The notes beneath the pieces were generated by a model. The model did not search any database and was not told the origin of the DNA. It worked only from the letters and a program-made list of their open reading frames with translations. Made by a program: the position numbers and the translations under genes. A DNA stretch of 57,715 nt from Candidatus Omnitrophota bacterium (lineage in GTDB: Bacteria > Omnitrophota > Gorgyraeia > JAHIPI01): positions 1-57,715 of the forward strand of contig JADHVZ010000008.1 in the NCBI GenBank assembly GCA_016783745.1. Direction: 5' to 3'. Shown in pieces: positions 1 to 9,832 of the stretch (position 1 is its first letter; every line of letters starts with the position of its first letter).

Positions 1-100
1 TTTTGACGATGTGTCCGAATGCATCGTAAAAAGAAACACGATAAAGAAGCGGAAGAAACCGATATTAATAAGAAAACCGGAGAGAAAGATTGCTTGATTG

Positions 101-352
101 AAGCAATGTTGATATTAAGCTGAGGTTACGAAAGGTTACGTAAGGTTACAAAGTCCCGGGTTGTTGGTTGTTCATATATCGTTAATCGTTTATCGTTGAT
201 CGTATATCGTTTTTGTTGATGTCCTTCACCGGATTTGTACGATTGACGATTGACGATATACGATAAACGAATTACGAGCGTTTCTGCGAAATAACAAACA
301 AGTCGAGAGCACAGGTAATATTTATAAAGCGAGAGAATGATCAACATTGCTT
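101..352. repeat. Composite palindromic intergenic element. A 13-bp terminal inverted repeat (101-113 AAGCAATGTTGAT / 340-352 ATCAACATTGCTT) encloses three tandem 10-mers (123-152, AGGTTACNNA) and opposed heptamer arrays: (ATCGTNN)x5 at 178-212 and ACGAT-type units x6 at 7-nt spacing, 239-278
   Basis: Read directly from the sequence. The two heptamer arrays are imperfect reverse complements and could form a long hairpin. Confidence 0.7.
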
Positions 353-366
353 AACACAGGTGATAT

Positions 367-1626
367 ATGGCTAAAGTCAAAAACACGGCGTGTATAATAC
401 TGGCAGCGGGAAAAGGAACGCGCATGAGATCATCCCTGCCAAAAGTCCTGCACAAGATATGCGGCAAGACCATGATAGAGCATGTCTTAAAGCTTGCGGA
501 GCCTTTCGGTTTTAAACCGACTATTGTTGTAACGGGCTACAAGGGCAAGGATGTGGCAAAGGCCGCTAAAGGAGCGGCGAAGATCATCAACCAGAAAAAA
601 CAGCTTGGTTCCGCGGATGCCGTTATGAGCGCTGAAGCGGCGATCTCAAAGTTTAGCGGCGATGTTATCGTTATGTACGGCGATATTCCCCTGATAAGAC
701 GGGAGACTCTAAAGCAGGTCCTCCTCCGTCACAAAGCGAAAGGCGCCGCCTGTACGCTGCTTACGGCAAAACTCAGGGATCCATCGGGTTATGGAAGAGT
801 CTTGCGGGATGAGAATAATGAAGTGGTAAGCATAATCGAGGAAACAGATCTTTCTTTTAATGACAGGGCGGTAAATGAGACAAATGTAGGGGCTTATTGC
901 TTTGACGGCAAGGCTCTTTTTGAGGCGCTAAAGGAAGTCAAGATCAACAAAAACAAGAAAGAGTATTATCTCACCGACGTTATATCTATCCTAAAGAATA
1001 AAGGCCTGAAGATAGAGGCCTTCTCTACGAAAAATGAAGATGAAGGAATGGGCATCAATTCAAGAGGTGAGCTTGCGGCAGCCGAAAGGGTGGCGCGCAG
1101 CAGAGTGTTAGAAAAATTCATGGATCACGGCGTGACCATAGAGGATCCATCCACTACATATATAGATCCAGGCTGCGTAATAGGCGCTGATACCCTGATA
1201 AGGCCTTTTACCATGATCGAGGAAAACGTAAAGATAGGGCAAAACTGCGCGGTTGGGCCCTTCGCGCGTTTAAGGGCCGGCACCAGGTTGTCCGACGGCG
1301 TTGAGGTAGGAAACTTTGTGGAGGTCGCCAGAAGCTATGTGGGCGGCGGGACAAAAATAAAACACCATTCCTATATCGGGGATAGCGTGATAGGAAAAGA
1401 CGTGAACGTGGGCGCGGGCACCATAACCGCTAACTACGACGGAAAAAATAAAAATAAGACTATTATAAAAGACGGCGCGTTCATAGGAAGCGGAACGATA
1501 TTAGTGGCACCGGTCACTGTGGGTAAAAAAGCGGTGACAGGAGCCGGAGCCGTGCTTACCAGGAAGACAAAAGTCCCGGATTCATCCGTGATCGTAGGAA
1601 TCCCGGGCCGGATCTTAAAAAAGTAA
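367..1626 (+). CDS. glmU: Bifunctional UDP-N-acetylglucosamine pyrophosphorylase / GlcN-1-P acetyltransferase (GlmU)
   Basis: N-terminal LAAGKGTRM nucleotidyltransferase motif and a C-terminal left-handed beta-helix of hexapeptide repeats. 419 aa. Confidence 0.9.
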   Translation: MAKVKNTACIILAAGKGTRMRSSLPKVLHKICGKTMIEHVLKLAEPFGFKPTIVVTGYKGKDVAKAAKGAAKIINQKKQLGSADAVMSAEAAISKFSGDVIVMYGDIPLIRRETLKQVLLRHKAKGAACTLLTAKLRDPSGYGRVLRDENNEVVSIIEETDLSFNDRAVNETNVGAYCFDGKALFEALKEVKINKNKKEYYLTDVISILKNKGLKIEAFSTKNEDEGMGINSRGELAAAERVARSRVLEKFMDHGVTIEDPSTTYIDPGCVIGADTLIRPFTMIEENVKIGQNCAVGPFARLRAGTRLSDGVEVGNFVEVARSYVGGGTKIKHHSYIGDSVIGKDVNVGAGTITANYDGKNKNKTIIKDGAFIGSGTILVAPVTVGKKAVTGAGAVLTRKTKVPDSSVIVGIPGRILKK

Positions 1627-1638
1627 AAGGAGCGGGCT

Positions 1639-2598
1639 ATGAAAAGACACGAGGTGCTGTTGTTCACGGGCAATTCCAACAAAAAGTTGGCTAAGGAGAT
1701 ATGCGCTAACCTTGGAATGCCTCTCGGCAACGCTTTAGTGGGAAGGTTTAGCGAAGGCGAGATAAAGGTCAAGATCAACGAAGATGTCCGAGGTAAAGAT
1801 GTTTTTATAATACAATCTATATGCCCCCCCGTTAACGAAAATCTTATGGAACTGCTTATACTTATAGACGCGCTAAAACGTTCTTCGGCCTGGAGGATCA
1901 CGGCCGTGATACCTTATTATGGTTATGCCAGACAGGACAGAAAAGACCAGCCGCGCGTACCGATAACGGCTAAGCTGGTAGCCAATCTTCTGACGGCGGC
2001 CGGGACGAAGAGGGTCCTTACCATCGATCTGCACGCCGGCCAGATCCAGGGTTTTTTTGATATCCCCCTCGATCATCTTTTTGCCATAAACGTGGTGGCG
2101 GATTATTTTATAAAACACAGACCTAAGAATCTTGTGGTTGTTTCGCCGGATGTCGGCGGCATAAAAATGGCAAGGGCCTATGCCAAGAGATTGAGAGCGG
2201 GCCTGGCCATAGTCGACAAAAGGCGCGTCAACGACAAAAAGACGGAAGTGATGTTCATCATGGGTGAGGTAAAGGGGAAGAACTGCCTTCTCGTAGACGA
2301 TATCATCGCGACGGCGAGTTCGCTGGTAGAAGCGGCCCAGGCGCTTAAAAATAACGGAGCGAAGGATATTTTCGCGGCCATCACGCACCCTATACTTTCG
2401 GGTCCGGCAATAGACAGGATCAAGAAATCCGCCATCCAGAAACTGGTTGTGACTAATACAATACCTGTCCGCAGGGACAAAATAATCCCCAAGATAGAGG
2501 TTTTATCGGTAGCGTCTCTGCTGTCCGAGGCGATCGACAGAATACATAATGAAAAATCTATCAGCGTTCTATTTGACAAGTTCCCGGGACTGGGATGA
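1639..2598 (+). CDS. prs: Ribose-phosphate pyrophosphokinase
   Basis: YYGYARQDRK and DLHAGQIQGFF motifs plus the PRPP-binding loop VDDIIATASS. 319 aa. Confidence 0.95.
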   Translation: MKRHEVLLFTGNSNKKLAKEICANLGMPLGNALVGRFSEGEIKVKINEDVRGKDVFIIQSICPPVNENLMELLILIDALKRSSAWRITAVIPYYGYARQDRKDQPRVPITAKLVANLLTAAGTKRVLTIDLHAGQIQGFFDIPLDHLFAINVVADYFIKHRPKNLVVVSPDVGGIKMARAYAKRLRAGLAIVDKRRVNDKKTEVMFIMGEVKGKNCLLVDDIIATASSLVEAAQALKNNGAKDIFAAITHPILSGPAIDRIKKSAIQKLVVTNTIPVRRDKIIPKIEVLSVASLLSEAIDRIHNEKSISVLFDKFPGLG

Positions 2599-2614
2599 GA
2601 AGGAGAAAACAAAT

Positions 2615-3310
2615 ATGGAAAGAATACAACTTAAAACACAGGTAAGAGAGGATACCGGAAAAAGGCTTACAAAGCTGTTACGTAAGGAAGGCCTTGTTCC
2701 GGCGATAGTCTACAAAGAGGGCAAAGACACTATACACATAGGGATCAGCGAAAGGGAGCTGCGGCGCGCCATCCACACAAAAGCGGGCGCTAACGTAATC
2801 ATCAATCTCAAGATCGAGGACGGGCCAAAGAACAAGGATGAAGACCGTGTTGTGATCATCAAAGAGATCCAGCATCACCCCATAAGAGAGCAAATACTGC
2901 ATATCGATTTTCAGGAGATCTCCCTGACGGAAAAACTAGAGGTGAGTGTGCCTATACGCATAAAGGGCGAAGCCGAAGGTGTCGTAAAAGACGAGGGTGT
3001 CATGGAACACATCCTCTGGGAAATAAAAGTGGAATGCCTGCCCACAGAGATTCCCGCGAAAATAGAAGTGGAAGTGGGACATATGAAAATAGGCGATTCT
3101 ATACTTATAAAGGATATCCAGGCGCCGCCCGGAGTCAAGATACTGGAAGATGAGGGGCAGACAGTTATATCGGTAGTACCGCCGTACGTGGAAAAGCCGG
3201 CCGAAGAAGGTGTCGAAGAGGCGATAGAGCCTGAGCTTATCAGGGAAAAGAAGGAAGAAGAAGGAGAAGAAGGCGCAGGGGAAGCGGCGCCGGAAGAGGA
3301 AAAGAAGTAG
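2615..3310 (+). CDS. rplY: Ribosomal protein L25/Ctc with an acidic C-terminal tail
   Basis: L25/Ctc-like N-terminus (LPAIVYKEGK). Start moved to the ATG at 2615 behind GGAGAA, because the track ORF start at 2549 lies inside prs. Confidence 0.85.
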   Translation: MERIQLKTQVREDTGKRLTKLLRKEGLVPAIVYKEGKDTIHIGISERELRRAIHTKAGANVIINLKIEDGPKNKDEDRVVIIKEIQHHPIREQILHIDFQEISLTEKLEVSVPIRIKGEAEGVVKDEGVMEHILWEIKVECLPTEIPAKIEVEVGHMKIGDSILIKDIQAPPGVKILEDEGQTVISVVPPYVEKPAEEGVEEAIEPELIREKKEEEGEEGAGEAAPEEEKK

Positions 3311-3873
3311 TGAAGCTGGTAGTGGGTCTTGGCAATCCCGGCGAGAGATACAAAAACACAAGGCATAACATCGGCGCTAATGTCGCCAAGAAGTTCGCGA
3401 AGCTGCATAATATAAGCCTCAGGAGGCAAAGATATCTTTCGCATTTCGGCGAAGGTAAGGTAGGCGGCGAGGATGTAAAAATAATACTCCCTCTTACTTA
3501 TATGAATCTCTCCGGAGAGGCTGTTGGTTCGATAGTAAAGGATAAGAAAATAGCTCTTTCAAGCATACTGGTGATATGCGATGATGCCGATCTGGAGCTG
3601 GACACCTTGAGGTTAAGGCCTAAAGGGTCAAGCGGAGGCCATAAAGGACTGCGTTCTATAATCGAACACTTGAAGAGCGATTCATTTCCGCGCCTGAGAA
3701 TAGGCATAGGCAAGGCAGGAGATCTTAAGGATCATGTGTTATCGCCTTTCGGAAAGTCAGAAGCAGATCTGGTGGAAGGGATCGAAGCCATGGCATCCGA
3801 AGCGGTCGTCTGCTGGATTACAAAAGGCATAGAAAAGGCCATGAGTACCTATAATGCCGGTAGATCGGCATAA
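3310..3873 (+). CDS. pth: Peptidyl-tRNA hydrolase
   Basis: VGLGNPG...Y..TRHNIG motif. The GTG start overlaps the rplY stop (TAGTG). Confidence 0.93.
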   Translation: MKLVVGLGNPGERYKNTRHNIGANVAKKFAKLHNISLRRQRYLSHFGEGKVGGEDVKIILPLTYMNLSGEAVGSIVKDKKIALSSILVICDDADLELDTLRLRPKGSSGGHKGLRSIIEHLKSDSFPRLRIGIGKAGDLKDHVLSPFGKSEADLVEGIEAMASEAVVCWITKGIEKAMSTYNAGRSA

Positions 3874-3960
3874 GGTGAGCTTTGAATTTCCTTGCCTAAC
3901 TAATATAGTATATGAGATAATATACGCCACGACAAAGCACAAATCAAGGAGGTATTTACA

Positions 3961-4248
3961 TTGAATAAGTATGAAGTGATCATCATATTCAAAGGGGACC
4001 TGAGCGAGGAACAGCTTGAGAAAGAATACGCGAAAGCCGAAGAGTCTATTAAGAAGCACGAAGGTAAGGTAGAAAAAAGCGAAAAGTGGGGCAAGAGGAA
4101 GCTTACTTTTGAGATCGACAAGTTCCGCGACGGCTTCTTTTTGTATCTGCTCTTTAATACCCTTCCTCAGTCAATAAAGCCTTTAACCGAAGCTTTTAAG
4201 CTTGATAATAATATTTTAAGAGCTCAAGTCATAAGAATGGAAAAATAA
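3961..4248 (+). CDS. rpsF: Ribosomal protein S6
   Basis: YEVIIIF...WGKRKLTFEI motif. TTG start 9 nt after AAGGAGG. Confidence 0.9.
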   Translation: MNKYEVIIIFKGDLSEEQLEKEYAKAEESIKKHEGKVEKSEKWGKRKLTFEIDKFRDGFFLYLLFNTLPQSIKPLTEAFKLDNNILRAQVIRMEK

Positions 4249-4260
4249 CGGTGGTGCAAA

Positions 4261-4734
4261 ATGGCTAATTTTAACAAGGTTTTACTGATAGGTAATTTGA
4301 CGAGAGATCCGGAACTGAGATATATCCCGAGCGGCACAGCAGTGGCGAACTTCAGCCTCGCCACTAACAGGGTATATGTTACCTCATCCGGAGAAAAGAA
4401 GCAGGAAGTATGTTTTGTCAGGATAGTGGCCTGGGGTAAAATGGCCGAGACCTGCGGGGAGTATCTTTCAAAGGGAAGCCCTGTATTCATAGAAGGAAGG
4501 CTGCAATACCGTTCATGGGAAGGCACGAACGGTGAAAAGAGAAACACCCTCGAGGTAAAGGCCGAGAGAGTGCAGTTTTTAGGCAGAGCAGGAAAGGCGG
4601 GCGCGCCCCAAAAGGGAGAAAAAACAGCGCCTGAGGCGGTAGAGGATATAAATCTGGATGCGGGCTCACCTGAGCCGAATTTAGACGGAAAGGAAAAATC
4701 CGGAGGAGCCGGTAGTGACGAGGTTCCTTTTTAA
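4261..4734 (+). CDS. ssb: Single-stranded DNA-binding protein
   Basis: OB-fold N-terminus NKVLLIGNLTRDPELRY, a Gly/Pro-rich linker and an acidic tip DEVPF. Confidence 0.95.
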   Translation: MANFNKVLLIGNLTRDPELRYIPSGTAVANFSLATNRVYVTSSGEKKQEVCFVRIVAWGKMAETCGEYLSKGSPVFIEGRLQYRSWEGTNGEKRNTLEVKAERVQFLGRAGKAGAPQKGEKTAPEAVEDINLDAGSPEPNLDGKEKSGGAGSDEVPF

Positions 4735-4758
4735 TCAAGAATAACACATGGAGTAGTT

Positions 4759-5121
4759 ATGATAGGAAGAAAATTTCAAGCAGGAACAGGTAAAAGAGCG
4801 GGAGCAGGTAGGGCCGGCGGTAAGGATATGGCCGGCGGTAAGGATAGGGCCGGCGGTAAAGGCAAGGACAGGGGAAAAGGAGTGGCAGACCGTAAAAAGA
4901 AACCTTTCTACATGCTTAGAAAAAAGGTATGCAGGTTTTGTGAGGACAAAAAGGCTCCGGTCGATTACAAAGATACCGCAAAACTACAGAAATATTTAAC
5001 CGAGAGGGGTAAGATAATACCGTCGCGCATATCCGGTAATTGCGCGAGGCATCAGAGGGAACTGGCGCGGGCGATAAAAAAAGGCCGCGCGATCTCACTC
5101 CTTCCGTATGTAACGGAGTAA
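4759..5121 (+). CDS. rpsR: Ribosomal protein S18 with a ~50-aa Gly/Lys/Arg-rich N-terminal extension
   Basis: C-terminal 70 aa are canonical S18 (CRFC...[20 protein letters not shown]). GGAG lies 5 nt before the ATG at 4759. The extension contains 18-nt tandem repeats at 4813-4866. Confidence 0.85.
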   Translation: MIGRKFQAGTGKRAGAGRAGGKDMAGGKDRAGGKGKDRGKGVADRKKKPFYMLRKKVCRFCEDKKAPVDYKDTAKLQKYLTERGKIIPSRISGNCARHQRELARAIKKGRAISLLPYVTE

Positions 5122-5137
5122 AACAGAGGTAGCTATA

Positions 5138-5581
5138 ATGAAAGTGATATTACTGGACGATATAGAGAAGATGGGCTCGCTGGGTGATGTAGTGGAAGTT
5201 AAAAAAGGCTTCGCGCGTAATTTTCTTTTTCCGAGAAAACTCGCTATAGAGGCGCTTGATAAGAACCTGAAGGTACTTGAGGAAAGAAAAAGAAAGCGGG
5301 CACAGCAGATCGCCAAGGTAAAACAGGAGACGGTAGAGCTCGGAAAGAAGATCTCGGGCATCTCATGCACCATTCCTATGACAGCGGGGGAAGAGGATAA
5401 ACTATTTGGCTCGGTCACGACTGAGCTTGTAGCCGAGGCGCTTGCGGCCGAAGGCGTGAATATAGATAAAAAGCAGATAACTCTCCCGGAGTCCATACGT
5501 AAGTTAGGCGTATATCAGGTCGAAGTAAGGCTTGACCCGGAAGTCACCGTATCGACAAAGATCTGGGTAGTCAAGAAGTAA
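5138..5581 (+). CDS. rplI: Ribosomal protein L9
   Basis: MKVILLDD..K.G..GDVVEVK.GFARNFL motif. Confidence 0.95.
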   Translation: MKVILLDDIEKMGSLGDVVEVKKGFARNFLFPRKLAIEALDKNLKVLEERKRKRAQQIAKVKQETVELGKKISGISCTIPMTAGEEDKLFGSVTTELVAEALAAEGVNIDKKQITLPESIRKLGVYQVEVRLDPEVTVSTKIWVVKK

Positions 5582-5603
5582 CAGACAGGCGTAAAACTGA
5601 TCT

Positions 5604-6971
5604 ATGGCTGAAAATAGGGTAACTACTAAAAACTTGCCTCTGGAAAAGATCCCGCCTCAAAACATAGAAGCGGAGATCGCTGTTCTGGGCTCGATGCTGA
5701 TAGAAGAGCAGGCTATAGCGAAAGCTCTCGAGGAAATAGACGAAGGCAGCTTTTATAAAGATGCCCACCGCATGATATTTAAGACTATTACGGAGCTATT
5801 CGGCAAAAGTTCAGTCGTGGATTCAGTCACGATCATAGAGGAGCTGAGGAAGAAGGGGCGGCTTGATGAAGTCGGAGGGGCCCCTTACATAATCGGGCTT
5901 ACTTCATCCATCCCTACGGCGGCTAACATCGAGTACTATGCTAAGATCGTTAAAGAAAAGAGCATCATAAGGCAGCTTATAAATAACGCCACCGAAATAG
6001 TGCACGATTGTTATGAATCTACCAGTGACGCCAATAAGATACTTGATAAGGCGGAAAGCCGGATCTTTGAGATAACCTCTAAAAAACTTGATCAGAGATC
6101 ATCGATACATCTGAAGGATATAATCAAAGACAGCATAGAGATCATAGACAGCCTGTACCAGAGGAAAGAGAATATAACCGGCATCCCTACGGGCTTTCAT
6201 GAGTTCGATATCATTACAGCGGGACTGCAGTCCTCAGATCTGATCATCATAGCCGGCAGGCCGTCCATGGGCAAAAGCGCTCTAGCGACCTGTATTGTAG
6301 AGCACGCAGGGATAATAGAAAAGATACCCGTTGCTTTCTTCAGTCTTGAAATGTCAAAGGAGCAGCTTGTGCAGAGGATGCTGTGTTCGCATGCCAAGGT
6401 CAACGCACAAAGAGTAAGGACCGGCTTTCTTTCACAGGCCGACTGGCCCCGCCTTGTAAATACAGCGGGAAAATTATCGGAAGCCCCCATTTTTATAGAT
6501 GATACGCCATCGCTTGGCGTTCTTGGATTACGCGCGAAGGCCAGGCGCCTTAAGGCGCAGTATGATATAAAACTTATAGTAGTCGACTATCTCCAGCTGA
6601 TGCAGGGGCCGGCCGGAGCCGAGAACAGGCAGCAGGAGATATCGGAGATATCCCGGGCGCTGAAAGCGCTTGCCAGAGAACTACGCGTTCCGCTGATAGC
6701 GGTAAGCCAGCTTTCGAGAGCCGTCGAGCAGAGGGCTGATCACAGGCCTATGCTTTCCGATCTGAGGGAATCCGGAGCCATAGAGCAGGACGCCGATGTA
6801 GTCATATTGTTATTGAGGGAAGAGTATTATAATCCCGGCCTGGAGGATAAGAAGGGACTGGCGGAGCTTATTATCGCGAAACAACGTAACGGCCCGACGG
6901 GCAGCGTGAACCTTGCTTTTATAAGCGAATATACGCGTTTTGAAAACCTATCCAGAAGAGAGGATGTGTAA
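5604..6971 (+). CDS. dnaB: Replicative DNA helicase DnaB
   Basis: PPQNIEAE..VLG N-terminus, Walker A GRPSMGKS, and SQLSR...DLRESGAIEQDAD. No intein. Confidence 0.97.
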   Translation: MAENRVTTKNLPLEKIPPQNIEAEIAVLGSMLIEEQAIAKALEEIDEGSFYKDAHRMIFKTITELFGKSSVVDSVTIIEELRKKGRLDEVGGAPYIIGLTSSIPTAANIEYYAKIVKEKSIIRQLINNATEIVHDCYESTSDANKILDKAESRIFEITSKKLDQRSSIHLKDIIKDSIEIIDSLYQRKENITGIPTGFHEFDIITAGLQSSDLIIIAGRPSMGKSALATCIVEHAGIIEKIPVAFFSLEMSKEQLVQRMLCSHAKVNAQRVRTGFLSQADWPRLVNTAGKLSEAPIFIDDTPSLGVLGLRAKARRLKAQYDIKLIVVDYLQLMQGPAGAENRQQEISEISRALKALARELRVPLIAVSQLSRAVEQRADHRPMLSDLRESGAIEQDADVVILLLREEYYNPGLEDKKGLAELIIAKQRNGPTGSVNLAFISEYTRFENLSRREDV

Positions 6972-9280
6972 TGCGTCGAAAAGTATTATTTTTTACGGCA
7001 TTGATCCTATTTTTCATGAGCGTAGGCCACTTTGTATCTGCTCAGTCACAACCGGGCAAGAGTGTAAAGGAGATCAGGATAGTAAACAATAAAAGCGTTT
7101 CCAGCTCGACTATCCGCGCGAAATTGAAGACATCTGAAGGCCTGGTATTCTCGCAGGACACTCTAAGCGAGGACCTTAAAAGGTTATATGGTCTTGGCTT
7201 TTTCGAGGATATTGTGATAGATGTAGAGGAAGAGGAAGATGGTTATATAGTCAGCTTCATGGTCATGGAAAAACCCGTCATAGAATCTGTTATTTTCGAG
7301 GGCAATAAGATTATTAAGGAAAAGAAGTTGAGAGAAGAGATAAGCTCTCAGGAAAATGATATGCTTGACCGCTCGAAGCTGAACCGCGATCTGGTGACGA
7401 TACGCAAATTTTACGAAGGGCAGGGGTTTCAGCTGGCAAATGTGGATTATGACGTCCATGTGGACGAAGGGTTGAACAGGGCTAATCTTAAATTCAGGAT
7501 AAGTGAGAAGCAGCGTATTAGAGTTAAAAAAATAAAGTTTTTCGGAAATTATTCCTTGCCGGATAAAGACCTTAAAAAGATCATGGTCACAAAGACAGAA
7601 TTCCTGTTTTTTATCCAGCCCGGTTATTTTAAGGCTGAAGAATTTGATGCCGACATCAAAAGGATAGGGGCATATTACCGGGATAACGGTTTTCTGGATG
7701 TGAAAGTGATCCCGGAGCTGGATTACAGCGATGACGGCACGGATATGTACATATCCGTTAATATTGAGGAGGGGAAAAGGTATCTGGCGGGCGATATCGG
7801 GCTATCGGGTAATACGCTTTTCGATGATCATGATGTTCTGGCTGAAGCCAAAAGCGAAAGCGGGAAGTACTTTAGTGAAAGTATGATCATGGAGGATAGT
7901 GTAGGCATACAACAGTATTACTTTGACAGGGGCTATATGGACTGCGATGTGGATATCGACAGGTCACTAGATCCCGCGACGGGAAACATCGACGTTACTT
8001 ACGGAGTGGATGAAGGCGAACTTATTTATGTAGATAAAGTGAAGGTACGGGGCAATAATAAGACCAGAGACGTCGTCATAAGAAGAGAATTACGGGCATA
8101 TCCGGGAGAACCTTTCCGCGGCGCTGAGATAAGAAGAAGCAAGGAAAGGCTTTATAATCTCGGTTTTTTTGAAGAGGTCGTACTGGATACCGAACCCGGA
8201 AGCGGCCCTGGCCAGAAGGATCTTGTCGTGACCGTAAAGGAGGCGAAGACGGGAGAGTTTTCCTTCGGCGGCGGATACAGTTCCGTGGATAAACTTTTAG
8301 GATTTGTGCAGATCAACCAGAGAAATTTTGATGCCGTGAATTTTCCTACGTTTACCGGCGGCGGCCAGAACCTGAATGTAAGGGCCGAGCTTGGAAGCGT
8401 GAGGCAGAATTATGTAGTCAGCTGGACCGACCCCTGGATATTAGGATATCCGCTTTTATTCGGATTTGATGTTTTTCAAACTGAGCACAAAAAGACCACT
8501 GATGCAGGCTATTATTTCAGTGAGAAAAGGCTCGGCGGTGACCTGCGGCTGGGGAAAGAATTCACGGAATATCTGAAGGGCGATGCCATGTATAAGATCG
8601 AACAGATAGATATATCAGAAGTTCCTGAAGATGCCGCGGAGTCCATAAAAGAAGAAGAGGGAAAAAACTGGCTGAGCAGGCTGGCGCTGTCTCTAAACTA
8701 TGATACGCGGGATAATGTATTTACACCTACGCAGGGTTTTACAGTGGGAGCGACGCTGGAAAATACCGGAGGGTTCCTGAGCGGCAGCAAGGATTTTGTA
8801 AAATACGGGTTCGGCGGCTCTAAATATTTTAGTTTTTTCGATAAGAAATTGGTGCTCCAGCTTTCCAGCAGTTTATATTTCGCGGATAGTTACGGGGACA
8901 CTGATAAGCTTCCCATATATGAGCGTTATTACGCGGGAGGAGCTAATTCTATAAGAGGTTATAAGGAGCGGCATGTCAGCCCGAGGGACGATGATACCAA
9001 TAACCCTATCGGCGGTAATGTACGTTTTCTGAATAGCGCGGAAGCGCAGTTTCCTCTGGTAGAGAAGATGATAAAAGGAGCGGTTTTTATAGACGGCGGC
9101 GAGGTATGGAAAGACACCTCGGATGCTTTCACCAGTAATCTGAAATTCGGCACAGGGGTAGGCGTAAGGGTAAAGACGCCGCTTGGCCCTGTCAAGCTGG
9201 ATTACGGATGGCCGCTCTCTGACAATCATGATGATGAGAAGACAGGCCGTTTTTATTTTTCCATGTCGCACGGATTTTAA
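6971..9280 (+). CDS. bamA: Outer membrane protein assembly factor BamA
   Basis: Signal peptide, repeated POTRA-like segments and a C-terminal Omp85 barrel ending in F. The ATG overlaps the dnaB stop (TAATG). Confidence 0.92.
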   Translation: MRRKVLFFTALILFFMSVGHFVSAQSQPGKSVKEIRIVNNKSVSSSTIRAKLKTSEGLVFSQDTLSEDLKRLYGLGFFEDIVIDVEEEEDGYIVSFMVMEKPVIESVIFEGNKIIKEKKLREEISSQENDMLDRSKLNRDLVTIRKFYEGQGFQLANVDYDVHVDEGLNRANLKFRISEKQRIRVKKIKFFGNYSLPDKDLKKIMVTKTEFLFFIQPGYFKAEEFDADIKRIGAYYRDNGFLDVKVIPELDYSDDGTDMYISVNIEEGKRYLAGDIGLSGNTLFDDHDVLAEAKSESGKYFSESMIMEDSVGIQQYYFDRGYMDCDVDIDRSLDPATGNIDVTYGVDEGELIYVDKVKVRGNNKTRDVVIRRELRAYPGEPFRGAEIRRSKERLYNLGFFEEVVLDTEPGSGPGQKDLVVTVKEAKTGEFSFGGGYSSVDKLLGFVQINQRNFDAVNFPTFTGGGQNLNVRAELGSVRQNYVVSWTDPWILGYPLLFGFDVFQTEHKKTTDAGYYFSEKRLGGDLRLGKEFTEYLKGDAMYKIEQIDISEVPEDAAESIKEEEGKNWLSRLALSLNYDTRDNVFTPTQGFTVGATLENTGGFLSGSKDFVKYGFGGSKYFSFFDKKLVLQLSSSLYFADSYGDTDKLPIYERYYAGGANSIRGYKERHVSPRDDDTNNPIGGNVRFLNSAEAQFPLVEKMIKGAVFIDGGEVWKDTSDAFTSNLKFGTGVGVRVKTPLGPVKLDYGWPLSDNHDDEKTGRFYFSMSHGF

Positions 9281-9293
9281 AAATCAGGAGGAT

Positions 9294-9824
9294 ATGATGA
9301 AAGGATTAAAAGTTTGTGTTTGTATTTTAGCCGTTGCCGCTGTCGCGGCGGCAAGTTTTTTCGCGAATGCCCAAGAGGCAGATAAGCAGGAGCAAAAAAT
9401 AGGGTACATCAACCTTGGTAAGACCTTTGATGAATATGAGAAGACCCAGCAATATGAAAAATCTCTCGGCGAAAAGAGCGACAAGAAAGAAAAGGAACGG
9501 GAGAAGCTGGTCGATGACATTAAAAAATTGAAGGATGAGATGATCCTTCTGAGTGAAAAGGGAAAGGTCGATAAACAGGAAATCGTCGATGATAAAATAA
9601 AGGAGCTCCAGGATTTTGACAAAGAGACAAGGGACGAATTAAAGAGCGAACGCGACGATATAGTGAGGAATATCTTAAGAGAGATCGACGGTGTTATTCA
9701 GGATTTCGGTAAGCAGAACGCCTTCAGTGTCATACTTAATGACAGAATACTTGTTTACGGAAACAAGGCTATAGATATAACCGAGAAGATTATCGGCATA
9801 TTGAACAGCGGGAAGAAAGACTGA
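9294..9824 (+). CDS. skp: Periplasmic chaperone Skp/OmpH
   Basis: Signal peptide followed by a Lys/Glu-rich coiled coil, in the position after bamA. Start moved to the ATG at 9294 behind AGGAGG. Confidence 0.8.
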   Translation: MMKGLKVCVCILAVAAVAAASFFANAQEADKQEQKIGYINLGKTFDEYEKTQQYEKSLGEKSDKKEKEREKLVDDIKKLKDEMILLSEKGKVDKQEIVDDKIKELQDFDKETRDELKSERDDIVRNILREIDGVIQDFGKQNAFSVILNDRILVYGNKAIDITEKIIGILNSGKKD

Positions 9825-9832
9825 AGAGTAAA

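Noticed and set aside
2-97. Open frame running in from the left edge, ending in TGA at 95-97
   Set aside because: Only 31 codons are visible, and the basic tail has no identifiable family. That is too little to call.
126-347. 73-aa minus-strand ORF upstream of glmU
   Set aside because: It is composed almost entirely of the tandem and inverted short repeats. It has a low-complexity translation and no RBS. It is treated as a by-product of the repeat element.
1434-2612. Three long minus-strand ORFs (1434-1901, 1873-2388, 2178-2612)
   Set aside because: They are antisense shadows of glmU and prs, which have unambiguous family motifs. Their translations are low-complexity.
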